In this document: positions 12,331 through 23,476 of the stretch, in pieces | How the letters are laid out: each line of letters starts with the position of its first letter | How positions within the stretch are numbered: position 1 is the first letter of the stretch | Source of the DNA: Dicyema japonicum | Taxonomy: Eukaryota > Animalia > Dicyemida | Assembly (NCBI GenBank): GCA_011109175.1 | Contig: RDEW01000013.1 | Span: 1-34,862, forward strand | Reading direction: 5' to 3' | Length of the DNA: 34,862 nucleotides | Program-made: the position numbers and the translations under genes | The notes under the pieces: generated by a model | Told to the model about the DNA's origin: nothing | What the model saw: only the letters and a program-made list of their open reading frames with translations | Databases searched by the model: none

Positions 12331-13450
12331 TATCTTAGTTTGAGATGATCTCTTCAGAAAAAAAAAACTTCGTTCCCGTTTAATGACCGTGAAGTAAAAT
12401 GTCTATATGGACACGAAAGCTATTGATACCTCGGTGTTTTAGAGGACAAATAAAGTAATATGAAGTCTTGAACACTATTGCTGAAAATATGAGAAAGAGG
12501 GTAATAAACTTTGTACATAATAAGTTCAATACTGTAAATCTATAAAGCGGTTAACATACATGCTTTTACCCTTTACAAATTACTATATTTGCTTAATTAA
12601 CATTGCTTTCAAGTATAAGATGGACCTCACCCAAATAAGCCTTAACGCTATCAAGGAATATCAACAGAAATCCATGATGGATAGTATCAGGAGAAAGTCG
12701 CTCCACTATACTTTTTAATTGCTGCGGAGACGAAATTATTAATGTTGCTGGATCAGCTGAGTGGTTGGTGAGCGGAAATAATAGTCCAAGATCTGAGACT
12801 TTATTGTCTTCTTCGAGACTGGAATCTGTTTTTTCTGATAAATAATTACTATGTAATCATTTAAGAAGTCGATATAGTCGGCAGATCATGTGGCTCCACG
12901 TTTTAATAGGATGCTTAACAGTGACTAAATTAGAAGACACGATGAGGTGGTTACATTAGCACTTATGCAGAATCAAAGGCGTCAAAAAGTCTAAGAGACT
13001 GAAGACGCATTCTGTCAATTCCATAGTCAATACTCAGAGAGTTGAAATCCGGGTGGACTCATCCATAAAGACTGATACTCAGGTCAGGTCCAACAAACCT
13101 GATATTTTTTGTGTCCACGATAAGGTGAAGAATTAAATTGTACTTATTGAAATTGGAATTACTTCTCAAGAATTATTGAAGCAAACTAAAGTAGAAAAGT
13201 CACGGTATTTGCTGGAGAGCTCTAGCTGGTACCAGCTCCAGTTAAAGTCGTACATTTGTTCTAATCTAAGATGGTGTCGTTTCGAAGACTTATAAATCTT
13301 ACTTGGGAGCCATCGCAATCGATGAACTAATTAGAGCCGAGCATGTTGGTGGAGTATAATATGGGTGCACACCATCGAAGAAGATTTAATCGCAGCAACC
13401 AATTATCTGCTGTAATTGACAGTTCAATGACGTTCCAGGTAACCTGAATG
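12330..13450 (+). mobile_element. R4/Dong-like non-LTR retrotransposon remnant (RT end and RLE)
   Basis: Y*YLGVLED; HDEVV; HLCRIKGVKKSKRLKTHSVNSIVNTQRVEIRVDSSIKTDTQVRSNKPDIF; VLIEIGITSQELLKQ. Confidence 0.8.
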
Positions 13451-14169
13451 AAGTGGAAACGGATAGGATTCAGGTCAACGACATTTTTCTAAGAAAGGAA
13501 AGGTTTAAAAGCGAGTATTAATTTTTTATTTAATTATGTTTTATTATGTTTTCTGTAAAAATAAAACTCGATTAATTTAATTATAAATGACCTTTCTCTG
13601 GAAAATAGAAGAGTTTCACTGCAAAGATTAGATAGCGATACAATCGACTTTTTGGTTTTAAGGCAAAAATAAATCAAGAACTACACGACCGAAAACCGCA
13701 TTGGGAAATTTATCAAAACAAGTTTAAAAAAAATCCAGACGAATTTCGAGTTATTAGAAATTTTTTTTAAATAGGAAATATATCAATAAAATCGGCTGAA
13801 AAACCCACTTTTTCTTATTTTATTTTGTAGGTTATTCTTGGGTTTAAATAAATAAAACTATTATTATTGAAAATTAGTGATTAGCGTCATGTGGTCTACT
13901 AGTTGTGAAGTTCTGGATGCGCTCAGGGTGCACCTAATGCATCGCGAAAAAGGACTATTTGCTCTCTTCCATTGGATAAACATTTTGATCCGATCTTTGT
14001 TATTCTTGAATTGGATTAAGAGGAAAATTATGGACTTAGAGCCCTTATTTCAAAATTCAAGATTGACATAATACCAATTCAAAAATCACATTTATCATGA
14101 ATTCCCTGAAAAATGAAGACACTTAACAAGAAATAAACTCTTGGGAAATTAAGAAATAACTGAGATTAT

Positions 14170-14850
14170 TGTAATGTCTGTCGGTTCTACAAGAGAAAAA
14201 TTGTTCTTAATATTTATGTACCTCCTGGGTTATGCCCAAAAAATACTCAACGGTGTCCTGTCAGTTCTGAAAAGTTTAAATTACGTTTTGATCTGTTGAG
14301 ATCTGTCTGACGCCAAGCCCTCTGGCTGACAGGTCAATCTACCGATGCAGGGGAAATTTACGGCTGTCTTAGTCGGGCCGGGCCCTGAGAGTCATAAATG
14401 ATCCCTTTCAAAACAGGAAAATACCATGCAGGATCTCAGATCAGCGAACCTCACCGGACATCAAGCTCTTCCCCTTTTCTTTCTACAAGAATAAATTGGT
14501 CCGTCATATATGACACTAGAGGCGACTATAACCATATTTTGTCGAAGATCAAGGGCGAGATCATTCGAGACAAGTTGAAGCTATCTTATATATCAAACTC
14601 ACAAATTTTCAACACTTAGGAATTTAACAAACAGAAGTTTGAGTAGTGTACAGCTGGAGAGTGTCTCCTCCATTGACAAAGCAGTTACCTATATCAATAA
14701 TGTCCTTCTAGAAGCAAGATATATGACTACATTTTCAGAAGAGAGTACAACATTTCAGAATTGTTTGCTTGCGTGGCTGAGCGAAAACGTTACATCCCTA
14801 TTCATCTTTGGACAAGAAAATGTGTATATAAGTTAATTGAAATTGAATCG
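14170..14850 (+). mobile_element. LINE APE-endonuclease remnant (I-group-like)
   Basis: NIYVPPG, TSPDI and WSVIYDTRGDYNHIL motifs across frameshifts; resembles the 31950-33174 element. Confidence 0.5.
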
Positions 14851-16119
14851 GATGGAAAACATTACCATTTAAGAAATGGCAAAAAATCTTAGGAGTGGTC
14901 TATAACACTCAATTTTGTTTCTCGCGATAAGTTGTAAATGTATAAACAAATGTGAGAAAAAATCAACCTGCTAAAAAGCCTAACCTTACATATCTTCGAC
15001 TAATACACAGAAAATCGCAGCTACAAAAAAGGGCTTTTATGATGACAAAGAAATGGTCTACGAACGAAATCTTGGAGATCCTATCAGAAGGAAGTAACGG
15101 TGATGACCTGATCCAACATGATCAGGAGAAAGCTCAACTCCAACAAGCTTGTGTAAGATCGACGAAGGAGCATTGAGCCATGCTGAGAGCCTGGATTAAT
15201 TTTTTTAGTATCACTTAGTTTGTTTTTTTTTCAGTTTAACGGTGCTCTTAGGATAAAGATTGGATTTGATTATCTAGCCGGCCGAGTGGGCAGAGTGTAA
15301 CGAGTTCTGGCTGTCTGGGAGGAGCTATATCTAATATGACTTTTTGTTTATAGAATGTCACGGTCGAGAGCTGAGAAGTCAATGCTCAAAATACAAAAAA
15401 ATAATTTTTCAGAAAGCATTTCATTGAAAGAAATTATTAATAATAATTAATAATACTTATGCATAGTATTTTTTAAATATCAATTATGCAATATGGTTCT
15501 AGTGGAATTAACAGTAAGCAATAAAAAACTAAAATTTTTAGTGACTCGGGACAACTTGATAAATTCATTGACTGGAAAGAAAGGTCAAAAATCAAGCGAT
15601 ATGCTCAAAATTTTATCTTAAAGGAATCCGCGGTCTACATTACTAAAAATGGTCGAGAGTTACGATTTTTTGTATTGAGAAAGCTGAACTAAAACTAAAA
15701 TACATTGAAGTTGTATATTTGTTGATTTAAATTAGGCTCAACACAATCTTAATCACTTTGGATGTAATAAATTATATAGTTTATTCTCACTTACCATTTA
15801 TGGTGCAAGACGTAGTGAAGTGGCTACTGTGGTATCTAAATGTGTTTATTGTCAGGTAAATTATTAATTCTAACAATTTTTAGTCTAAACGAGTAATTAC
15901 ACATATTATTGCTTATGGGCCGAGAGACCGATACAATGTAGATCTTGTCGATTTAAGGAATATTTCCTACGTTTCGAGACGACCACAAGCTCCATGGATA
16001 CAGGGACAAGTCGAACGGTAACTTTTTTGTTTAATGTCAATAGATATAATAAATCAATAAAATGATGGATCTCATCGGCGAGTGCATTGAGAGGCAATTT
16101 TGGATCCTATATTAATTTG

Positions 16120-16532
16120 CGGCGCAGAATCATGGACATTGAAAAAGGCGGATAGGCGAAGAATTAATGCTTTTGAGTTGTGGTGCTGGAGGAGGTTACT
16201 AAGAATCCCTTGGACTTCCAAAGTAACAACCATCAATGTACTCAAACGGGTAGAGACTGACATTTCGCTAGAAAAAAGAATCGTAAAACACAGATTGGCG
16301 TTCTTTGAGCATGTTGTCCGCTCTGATTCACTGGAAAGAACCATTATGCTGAGCAATATTACTGGGAAGAGAAGACCTGGCCGACCAAGGACTCGGTGGC
16401 TATCCACGATGGAAGACGTCACGGGAATGCCTATATCATGGCTACTCCAAATTGCAACGGATCGGGGAGAGTGGAGGAAACTCGTTCATGAGATCTCCAA
16501 GGGTCGGACACGACTAAATTGGACAACATAAC
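16120..16532 (+). mobile_element. 5'-truncated classical RTE-clade LINE 3' end
   Basis: GAESWTLKKADRRRINAFELWCWRRLLRIPWT…FFEHVVR…RRPGRPRTRW. Candidate 11-bp TSD ATATTAATTTG at 16109-16119 and 16533-16543. Confidence 0.85.
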
Positions 16533-16569
16533 ATATTAATTTGATAATTGGACAAGATAACATAAGATA

Positions 16570-17045
16570 GAAAAGTTCTGGCGGTTGCCTCTTTCGAAAA
16601 AATTGGATGCGGCGAAACTAATAAAACTCGCCTTCGAATTCGGTTGTACAACTCCTTCATCGAACCAATTCTACTTTATAACGCGGGGACTTGGGGCTAA
16701 CCACCAAAGAACTGGAGAACCTCAACTTTTGCCAAGAAAACAACTACGACTTCTACTGGGAATCTACTGGTCAAAACGGATGACTAACGACGAGCTCTAC
16801 AGAATCACTCAAACAACAAAGATTGGAAATAAAGTGACTTGGGCGAAATGGCAAGCTCTTTGGACATATTCTAAGAGCTATGGAAATGTCACCGGCCAAT
16901 CAGTCCATGGAATCATAATTTTTTATATTAAACAAAAATACGTATCGAGGCCGACAAAGAACAACGTTGCCGTCGACGCTTAACAAAAGAACTCACTTGC
17001 ATAAGAATAAAGCTTTAAACAGCAGAGGATCTGGATGATCTGAAG
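16570..17045 (+). mobile_element. RTE-like LINE C-terminal fragment (family of 25661-28662)
   Basis: Frameshifted RLYNSFIEPILLYNAGTWG…RKQLRLLLGIYWSKRMTNDELY…RPTKNN, colinear with ORF 25702-26181. Confidence 0.7.
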
Positions 17046-17099
17046 GTTGTTGCGGAGAAACAAATCCAAACAGATGATATCTATACACCCACATTCATT

Positions 17100-18070
17100 G
17101 GGCATTCGCGGAGCTTGTCAGACGAAAATAACACAGTTTGAGGTGTTAGAAGCATTTTACCATATGAACAACAACAGAGCTGCAGGATGTAATGGAGTCT
17201 TAGAGCAATTACTCAAATACGCTCCCAATAGTCTTGCGAGCTTTTTCGCACAAATACTGAACAAGGCTAATGCTTTACACTGTTTTTTTCAATCGGTCCG
17301 GAATATTAATACCGCGTTTATAAATCGGCAAACGACGGGCACCCTTTGGAAGATAGATCTATTGTGCTAATCACACTCTAAGGTAAACTCAATCGACCCT
17401 TGTTCGAGGTCTTATAACAATATCGGTCTATCGATATCCCTCTTGCTGTCAGAGTGGTTTCAGGTCTAGAAGATCCACAGATGATGTAATCTGGAGCCAT
17501 TGCTGGATCATCGCAACATGTCAGAAGTACAAAAAATCCTTTCATATTCTGCAAGGTTTTTACAGCATCAACATGAATAAATTACTTATCGTGTTGAATG
17601 ACGTCATCGACGAAGACATTCTGCGCATTATACATACACTGTTATCTGAAACAGAACTACTTGTTCGAGTTTACTCTAAGGAGTCTAGACCATTTTCTAC
17701 CAATATTGGAACCCCACATGGGGACACTCTCTGTATTATCATCTACCTGGAGGAAGCTTTGAGAGATATAAGAGAACAAATTAGATGTCCGGACAACCAC
17801 TTTATGGAACTACTTTATGGTCGATTTTATCGCTGAAAATCGAGAATTTTTAGACGTTATTATGGAGAAAGAGAAAACATTTTGAGCAAATGGTTTCTCA
17901 AGGTCAATGAAGATAAAACTGAAATAACCACGATTGAAAGAACGTGAACCCGCCTTGATAAATAGTAGAAGAACACCCGTAAACTCGAATCTTCATTTAC
18001 CGATTCAGAAGATATCACAAGAAAGATATTGGCCACGATAGCACTTAAAAGTTACAATCAATTTTGATGA
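17100..18070 (+). mobile_element. RTE-like LINE RT-core fragment (family of 25661-28662)
   Basis: NNRAAGCNGV…LLKYAP; frameshifted GFRSRRSTDDVIWSHCWIIATCQKYKK; GTPHGDT…IIIYLEEALR; KWFLKVNEDKTE. Confidence 0.75.
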
Positions 18071-18399
18071 GAAAGAATCAGGTCTGCTAGTGTGGTAGTT
18101 CTTGTGAAAAGTAGTGTATCATTCATATCTTATGGAACGAGTCCAGCCTCTCTATTTCCTATTTTGAAGTAGCCTAGTTCCCAACGTTGTATAGTGAAAA
18201 GCGAATCTACGATACAGGAAACTCTCGGGAGGAACACCGAAAAAAAAATGAGGAGCTGCTTAAGGAGGCTCGAATTACCAGACGGTTCCACTCTCTTTTA
18301 TTTTATTTTGCGGGTGATTCTTATTTTTTAAATAAAATTAAATAAATAGCAGAATAGGCTTTCTAAGCAAATTGTATAGCAGTATATTTAGTTTGATGA

Positions 18400-18960
18400 T
18401 AATAACTTTTCGTTTAAGTTATAAATTCCTAATTTTATGCATAGACGCATTTACCAAGGTTTTTCTATGTATGACATCCTCACTCTCTCCAAGAAGCGAA
18501 CCAAGTTTTTTTTACATACCGCCTCTTCCAATCGAGTGTTAGTCATTCTTCTTATTTCCGTTAAATCTGTTTTGTCTTTTCTTACAGTAAGAAACCATTT
18601 CCCAAGTATATCCGGTGCTTTTTCTAGTACATGTTCCAAGAGCGCTCTGTTTCTGAAATTTAGTTGACGTTGTCTGCATAGATTAATTCTTTTTTTCCCC
18701 TTGCTATAGCGGTCTGAGTTCCTTCATAGCTGCTTCCAATTATATCATGGACAGTAGGGGAGAGTCGTCTTGAGGAACGCCTGTTTTTGTGTTAATTCAT
18801 TATATGGGACCGAAATTTTTTTTATTTACCCCCGGTCTCTTCAAGTTAAAGAAACTGGTGATAGCAAGAACGTGGCCGGACATCTTGTAAAAAAAGCCTT
18901 TGTTTGACAAGGATAACCTTCTTGATTGAAGACAGATATGTTCTTTTAAAGTTTTTGTCA
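18400..18960 (-). mobile_element. RTE-like LINE RT fragment, inverted relative to 17100-18070
   Basis: TGVPQDDSPLL…LEAAMKELR; EKAPDILGKWFLTVRKDKTD. Confidence 0.7.
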
Positions 18961-19185
18961 CATAAAAGGTATTTTTACTGTAGGGTATTATTAAAATAAA
19001 AAAAGGGTGTATCCATTCAATGAAGCTATTTTTTCGGTGTGGGCAATTGTCAGCTGATTATAAAAAGACGGTCATATATTACAGTGATACGCTGTTATGT
19101 GCAGTGTACTGCATCATTTGTTAACTAGTGCATTTAGCACACATGCATAAATTAATGTAAGTGTGGGTTATTGCTATGAAAAGGT

Positions 19186-19370
19186 AGATGGTTGATCCTG
19201 CCAATAGTAATAAGCTTATTTTACAGATAAGCCTTTCATGAGCAAGTGCAACTTCATGCTCTCTAATGAACGAGACCGCTGACGGCTCATTAAATCAGAC
19301 ATAACATACTAGTTTTTGTCAAACTACGGAAATTGCTGTTATAAATTTAGAACTAATACACATGTAAAGC
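19186..19370 (+). rRNA. 18S rRNA: 5' fragment of 18S rRNA gene (degenerate, probably pseudogene)
   Basis: tggttgatcctgcca…gataagcc…ggctcattaaatcag…tagaactaatacacatg follows the 18S 5' end; similarity stops at about 19370. Confidence 0.85.
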
Positions 19371-19529
19371 TTATTAATTCTGGTCTTATTGGTCTCTTGT
19401 TATTTAATATTAAATGATTTGGTTTATAAAATATTAATTCTAATAAAAATATAATTTTATTTATATTTACTGGATAACCTAAAAAGTAAATAAAATTTAA
19501 AACTTAAAATTAAACGAACGACAATTTAC

Positions 19530-20010
19530 ATGTTTAGTGTACGACAACATTTACACAAACGAACTGGAAAATTTGGAATTATTTGGTAATAAACTTATAG
19601 TAATCAAAGGCTCGCTGCCACTAATTATGGAAAAATAAAGAAGAATGACTACTGCAAATTAGACATAGTTGAAAACTGGTTAAGATCATGATTAACATAC
19701 AGTTATGAATTGTTAGCACACATGGAAGGATTGAACCAATATAGCAGAATATCGTTGTATTTTTCGGGAAAACTATTTATTGGAATCGTTAGAATTCATT
19801 TCAAACAGATTTCGCTGTTAATCGGTAAATCATTAAGTAATAATAACAGAGGATATTATGAATTTGATTAAATCGTTCAGACGAAAAAAGACAAAATCTA
19901 AAAAAAAGTCACAATTATGTTCAGAAATTCGTTATATTGACTTTGATATAGAAGATCTTCCCAATATAGTATTATATTATTTAATATTTAGTCAATTTCA
20001 GGTTGTTCTG
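19530..20010 (+). CDS. REC8: Meiotic cohesin kleisin REC8, N-terminal Rad21/Rec8 domain; 5' part only, cut by the N at 20011
   Basis: Exons 19530-19585, 19610-19678, 19703-19824, 19850-19968, 19992-20010; GT-AG introns of 24, 24, 25 and 23 nt. Spliced ORF has no stops: MFSVRQHLHKRTGKFGIIWLAATNYGKIKKNDYCKLDIVENCYELLAHMEGLNQYSRISLYFSGKLFIGIVRIHFKQISLLIEDIMNLIKSFRR… This matches the animal REC8 pattern (HTGxFxxIWLAAT; SLYLSAQLQIGVIRV…LVEDI) better than RAD21 (IWLAAHW). Confidence 0.88.
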
Positions 20011-20011
20011 N

Positions 20012-20062
20012 TGGTGTGCATGGTTGATTCTGTTAAACGAAGCATTAATTTTTAAATAACTA
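20012..20062 (+). rRNA. 18S rRNA: Short internal 18S rRNA remnant fused to 28S sequence
   Basis: tggtgtgcatgg and ggttgattctgttaaacgaa resemble the conserved ggtgcatgg and ggttaattccgttaacgaa stretches with the intervening sequence deleted. Confidence 0.4.
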
Positions 20063-21230
20063 AACCCGTACCATGCATCCTCTGGTAAATCAATAAACGA
20101 TGATAAAGGAATTCGGCAAAATAGATCTGTACCTTCGGTAGAAGGAATGGCTATACGGGTTGAGTCTATATTGTTCTATTTCTGTTAATCCAGTTTGATA
20201 TTCCTTGATATAGAAGGGGTAGAACTGGCATTAAAAAGCCGTAGCCTTTGACGGTTTTTACGCAGTGTGATTTCTACCAGTGCATTAATTTTAGCGTGAA
20301 GAGAATCATTTACGCACTGGTAGACGGCGGGAGAAACTATATGATTCTCGTAAGTTGTCCGAGTGCCTCGTAATTTAATTGATGACGCACATAAATGGAT
20401 TAACGAGATTTCCATTGTCCCTATCAGCACTCTAGCGAAATTACAGCCAGAGTAATGGGCCTGCGAAATAAGGGTGAATGACCCTTTTGCGCTTGAACTC
20501 TAGATTGGCATTGTAAGAGGACATTGATATAGTGTTGATGGGAATTGATCTATAGACGACAATTTGAAATCACTCCACAGTCATCTTCTTACTAATTTAT
20601 TAATGCTTTACTATCCGCCAGGAAGGTTATACCGCAAGCCCTAAATGGGTGGTTCAGATCCGAAAACAGTGTCATTTGAGAGTTTAGCTAGGGTGGTAAA
20701 TCTTCAAAACGATAACGAAGGTTCTAAAGGTGCGCTCAGGCGTAATAAAAATCTGGCATGGAGCGAAAATGTAAAAGTTTGCATTATTTGCATGTTCAGT
20801 TCGTATGAAAAACTCGAAAGCGTAACCTATCGATCCTTTTACTTTTAAAAACTTTAAGCTATAGGTCACAGAAAAATAACCACAGGAATACAATTGGCTT
20901 TTGGCGCCCGAGCGTACATAACAAAGGTGCTTTTTGATCTTTCGATGTTGGCTCTTACTATCATTTCAAAGCATAAATCGTAAAGTGTAGGATATTCACC
21001 TACTAACAGGGAACGTGAGTTGAGTTTAAACCATCGTGAGATAGGTTAGTTTTACTCTACTGATTTGGTGTCGTTGCAACAGTAATTCTGCAAATTACGT
21101 GAGGAACTGCAGAGTCAGAAATTTTATTCATGCACTTGACTGAAAAGTCAGTGGTGCGAAGCTATCCTCTTAAAGATAACTGGACGCATCTAAACTAGGA
21201 TCTTGACTGGAAGTAACGACATTGTGCAGT
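20063..21230 (+). rRNA. 28S rRNA: 3' half of 28S rRNA gene, degenerate (pseudogene)
   Basis: Colinear conserved blocks cccgtacc; ggcaaaatagatctgtaccttcgg; tggattaacgagatt; tcgatgttggctctt; acagggaacgtgag; tcgtgagataggttagtttta. The sarcin-ricin loop is mutated (attacgtgaggaact, about 21093-21108). Confidence 0.9.
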
Positions 21231-21828
21231 GCACTACTATAGAAAGAATATGCTTTTATCTTGGTATCGAGGTTTTCCCCAAAAGTATATGTGCTTCAAT
21301 ACATTGGTGGTGTACTCTAATCTTGGTTTAGGCATTCATTTGAGGCATTATTATTGATTATTAAACAGTGCAGTAAAATTAATTTATCAACAGATTTGTG
21401 TCTCTAATTGTCTAGAGTGCGATAGCTAGTGTGTTGGCTGTGTTATTCACACAAGATTTGGTTAGAGAGTATCACCTGTTATAAAACTTATAATAGAGTC
21501 AATACAACATGAAACAATTATCACTTCAAGTTTTGATTTATTATTATTTCAGTTTATGGCTATTTTTCCTGTATTAGTTGCGAAAACATCCAAAATAAGC
21601 TTTAAAATGTTTGATAATTCAAAGATGGGTGTTCCAATGGTTTATAAGATTCTTTGTGCGCCATGATTGGTGGTTACTTAGACGTGTTTTGATTCATCCA
21701 CGACGTTTGCCTTTTTGTTTCCTGAATGGTTTTATTATCCCGCTATTCAGCAGTTTTTAGGCCCTCAAAAGTTCTGGTTTTTATCCACCTAAGTAAGTTT
21801 TGCTGAACCACTCAATAACGCATTTTAT

Positions 21829-21960
21829 GGTCGGGTGGCGCAGTGCTACTAGTGACAATCCAAAATTATGAGATCCCTGTTCGAATCCTCTGCTGTCCAT
21901 TCGTTTGAAGGTTCCACGCAGGCTGTGAGTCAACTCGCCTGGAAATAACATGTAATAAAT
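21829..21960 (+). mobile_element. tRNA-derived SINE-like element
   Basis: Pol III A box gtggcgcagtg and B box gttcgaatcc (21879-21888), poorly pairing acceptor stem, short non-tRNA body, AT-rich tail. Confidence 0.55.
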
Positions 21961-22082
21961 ATTATTTTTCCACACTTCATATTAGGTATACGAGGATTAT
22001 GGAAGCAAAGATAGGATTTTCCCCCATGGAGTCCGTACATACGACCCCCTACTTGTTATGACAAATTCCTGAATGTGTGTAC

Positions 22083-22180
22083 ATTATTTATTTATTAAGC
22101 CCGGATACACCGAGAAAGAAGTAAAGTAAACAACTAATTAAGTGTATCCAGTTTCCACTTTTACAAAAATAGAGTCCATA
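22083..22180 (-). mobile_element. About 100-bp extreme 3' end of the LINE family at 3811-4050
   Basis: ccggatacaccgagaaagaag…ttaagtgtatccagtttccactt…gagtccat is nearly identical to 3833-3910, with an AT-rich tail. Confidence 0.8.
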
Positions 22181-22949
22181 TTTTTATTTTTTAAGCATTA
22201 TCATGTAAATTTACATCTAAACATTTAAGGCAGTATAAAAATTTGAGGGAGAATTTTTTAATCGACGTCTTTATGTTTTTCAAAGAAAGTTATAGCTTGT
22301 TTTCATTCAACTATTAAAAAATAATCGATAATAAAGAGGATTGCCTGTCCGATCTAGTATGCTGTACCAAAATGTACTTATATTTGATGTCCAACTTTTT
22401 TGAGATCTTCAACACGTATAATTCTGCTACGGAAAAAGTTGTTAAGACGGTTTCAGTTTATTTAATTTAAAAGAAAGTTAGTAGAACTGTTGTTGAAAAG
22501 AGAGTACTTTTGCTTTTCTGGAAAGAAAATTGTAGTAATCTGATTACCTTATTCTGGAAATTAGTGAAATATCTAGTCTTTTGTCATCTCCTTAGGTGGA
22601 ATCTTCTCTTGTAAAATTAGACTTGTGAAGATATGACAGGTTGATCTGAAATTGTACATTAAAAGTTTTTTTTTCCAATTCTAATGTCAACAATTCAACG
22701 CTTAAGGATCTTGATTACAATCTATTTGATATCGTCGGATTCTTTCGAACCATCATAATTTTTTCTCTGGTCGAATTTTGCACCCAGTCCGTCAATACGT
22801 TTGTTAGTGTAAAAGACATCATATTGTGGTGAAGCAGATTGTTCCTTTTTGTAATATTATTAATTATTTTATTAAATTTTATTTAAATTATTTATTTTAT
22901 TAAATATTAATTATTTTATTAAATTTTATTTAAATTTATTCTAATTTTG

Positions 22950-23150
22950 CCTTTTGTGCAAGGAACTGGGAAACCCATTAAAGAAAAAGGTGCCCCATGC
23001 AGAGGAATTCGGATTGTTATAAAAAAAGTGCACGCCGATTGAATTTCTATGCAGAAAGAAGAGAAGGCGCTTCCGGAATGTGGTTTGGTCATCAGAAAAC
23101 CAGACGAAGAGAGTTCGGATGTTGTTGGAGGATGGGATCACTTAATTAGT
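22950..23150 (+). repeat. Unclassified dispersed repeat, homologous to 29050-29240
   Basis: tgcaaggaactgggaaacccatt…gaggaattc…ccgattgaatttctatgcaga…gatcacttaa matches the 29050 copy. Confidence 0.7.
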
Positions 23151-23476
23151 TAGTTGTGATCTATCTTTCTTGGTGTCTTGGAGTTAAATAAATAATGGGA
23201 CCTAACCCCACAAGTGATAGTAGTTTTACGAGCTACCTCATTGTATCAACAAAATACATAAAGTCCAAAACAATTAATGGATGTATCAGATCGTTTGAAA
23301 CAGATCTACTTGAACATCGGAAGACTCTACAGACTCTAATAAAATACTACAGTAGCTCCCTCGAGGAATCAACACCGAGAGAATATGAGAGCCTTGATCC
23401 AATTGGTCGGGATCACTTAGTTACTTTTTTCGGTTTAACAGTGATCTTTGGAATTAATTTATTTTTAATTAAAAGG

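Noticed and set aside
14952-15176. piggyBac-like N-terminus (WSTNEILEILSEGS)
   Set aside because: A single weak motif with no transposase downstream.
15275-15340. Second SINE or tRNA head (gccggccgagtgggcagagtg)
   Set aside because: A-box-like only; no B box.
19800-19835. aacagatttcgctgttaatcggtaaatcatta resembling the 18S 3' end
   Set aside because: It lies in REC8 exon 3 and intron 3; the coding explanation fits much better.
19858-20055. ORF-track 65-aa ORF as a standalone gene
   Set aside because: It is REC8 exon 4 read through an intron and the N into rDNA.
21829-21900. Functional tRNA gene
   Set aside because: The acceptor and anticodon stems pair poorly and the sequence continues into a non-tRNA body.
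22200-22850. Possible inverted C-terminal half of REC8
   Set aside because: Multiple stops and no convincing Rad21/Rec8 C-terminal winged-helix motif.
22850-22940. AT-rich duplication of about 32 bp
   Set aside because: Low-complexity slippage; no evidence of function.
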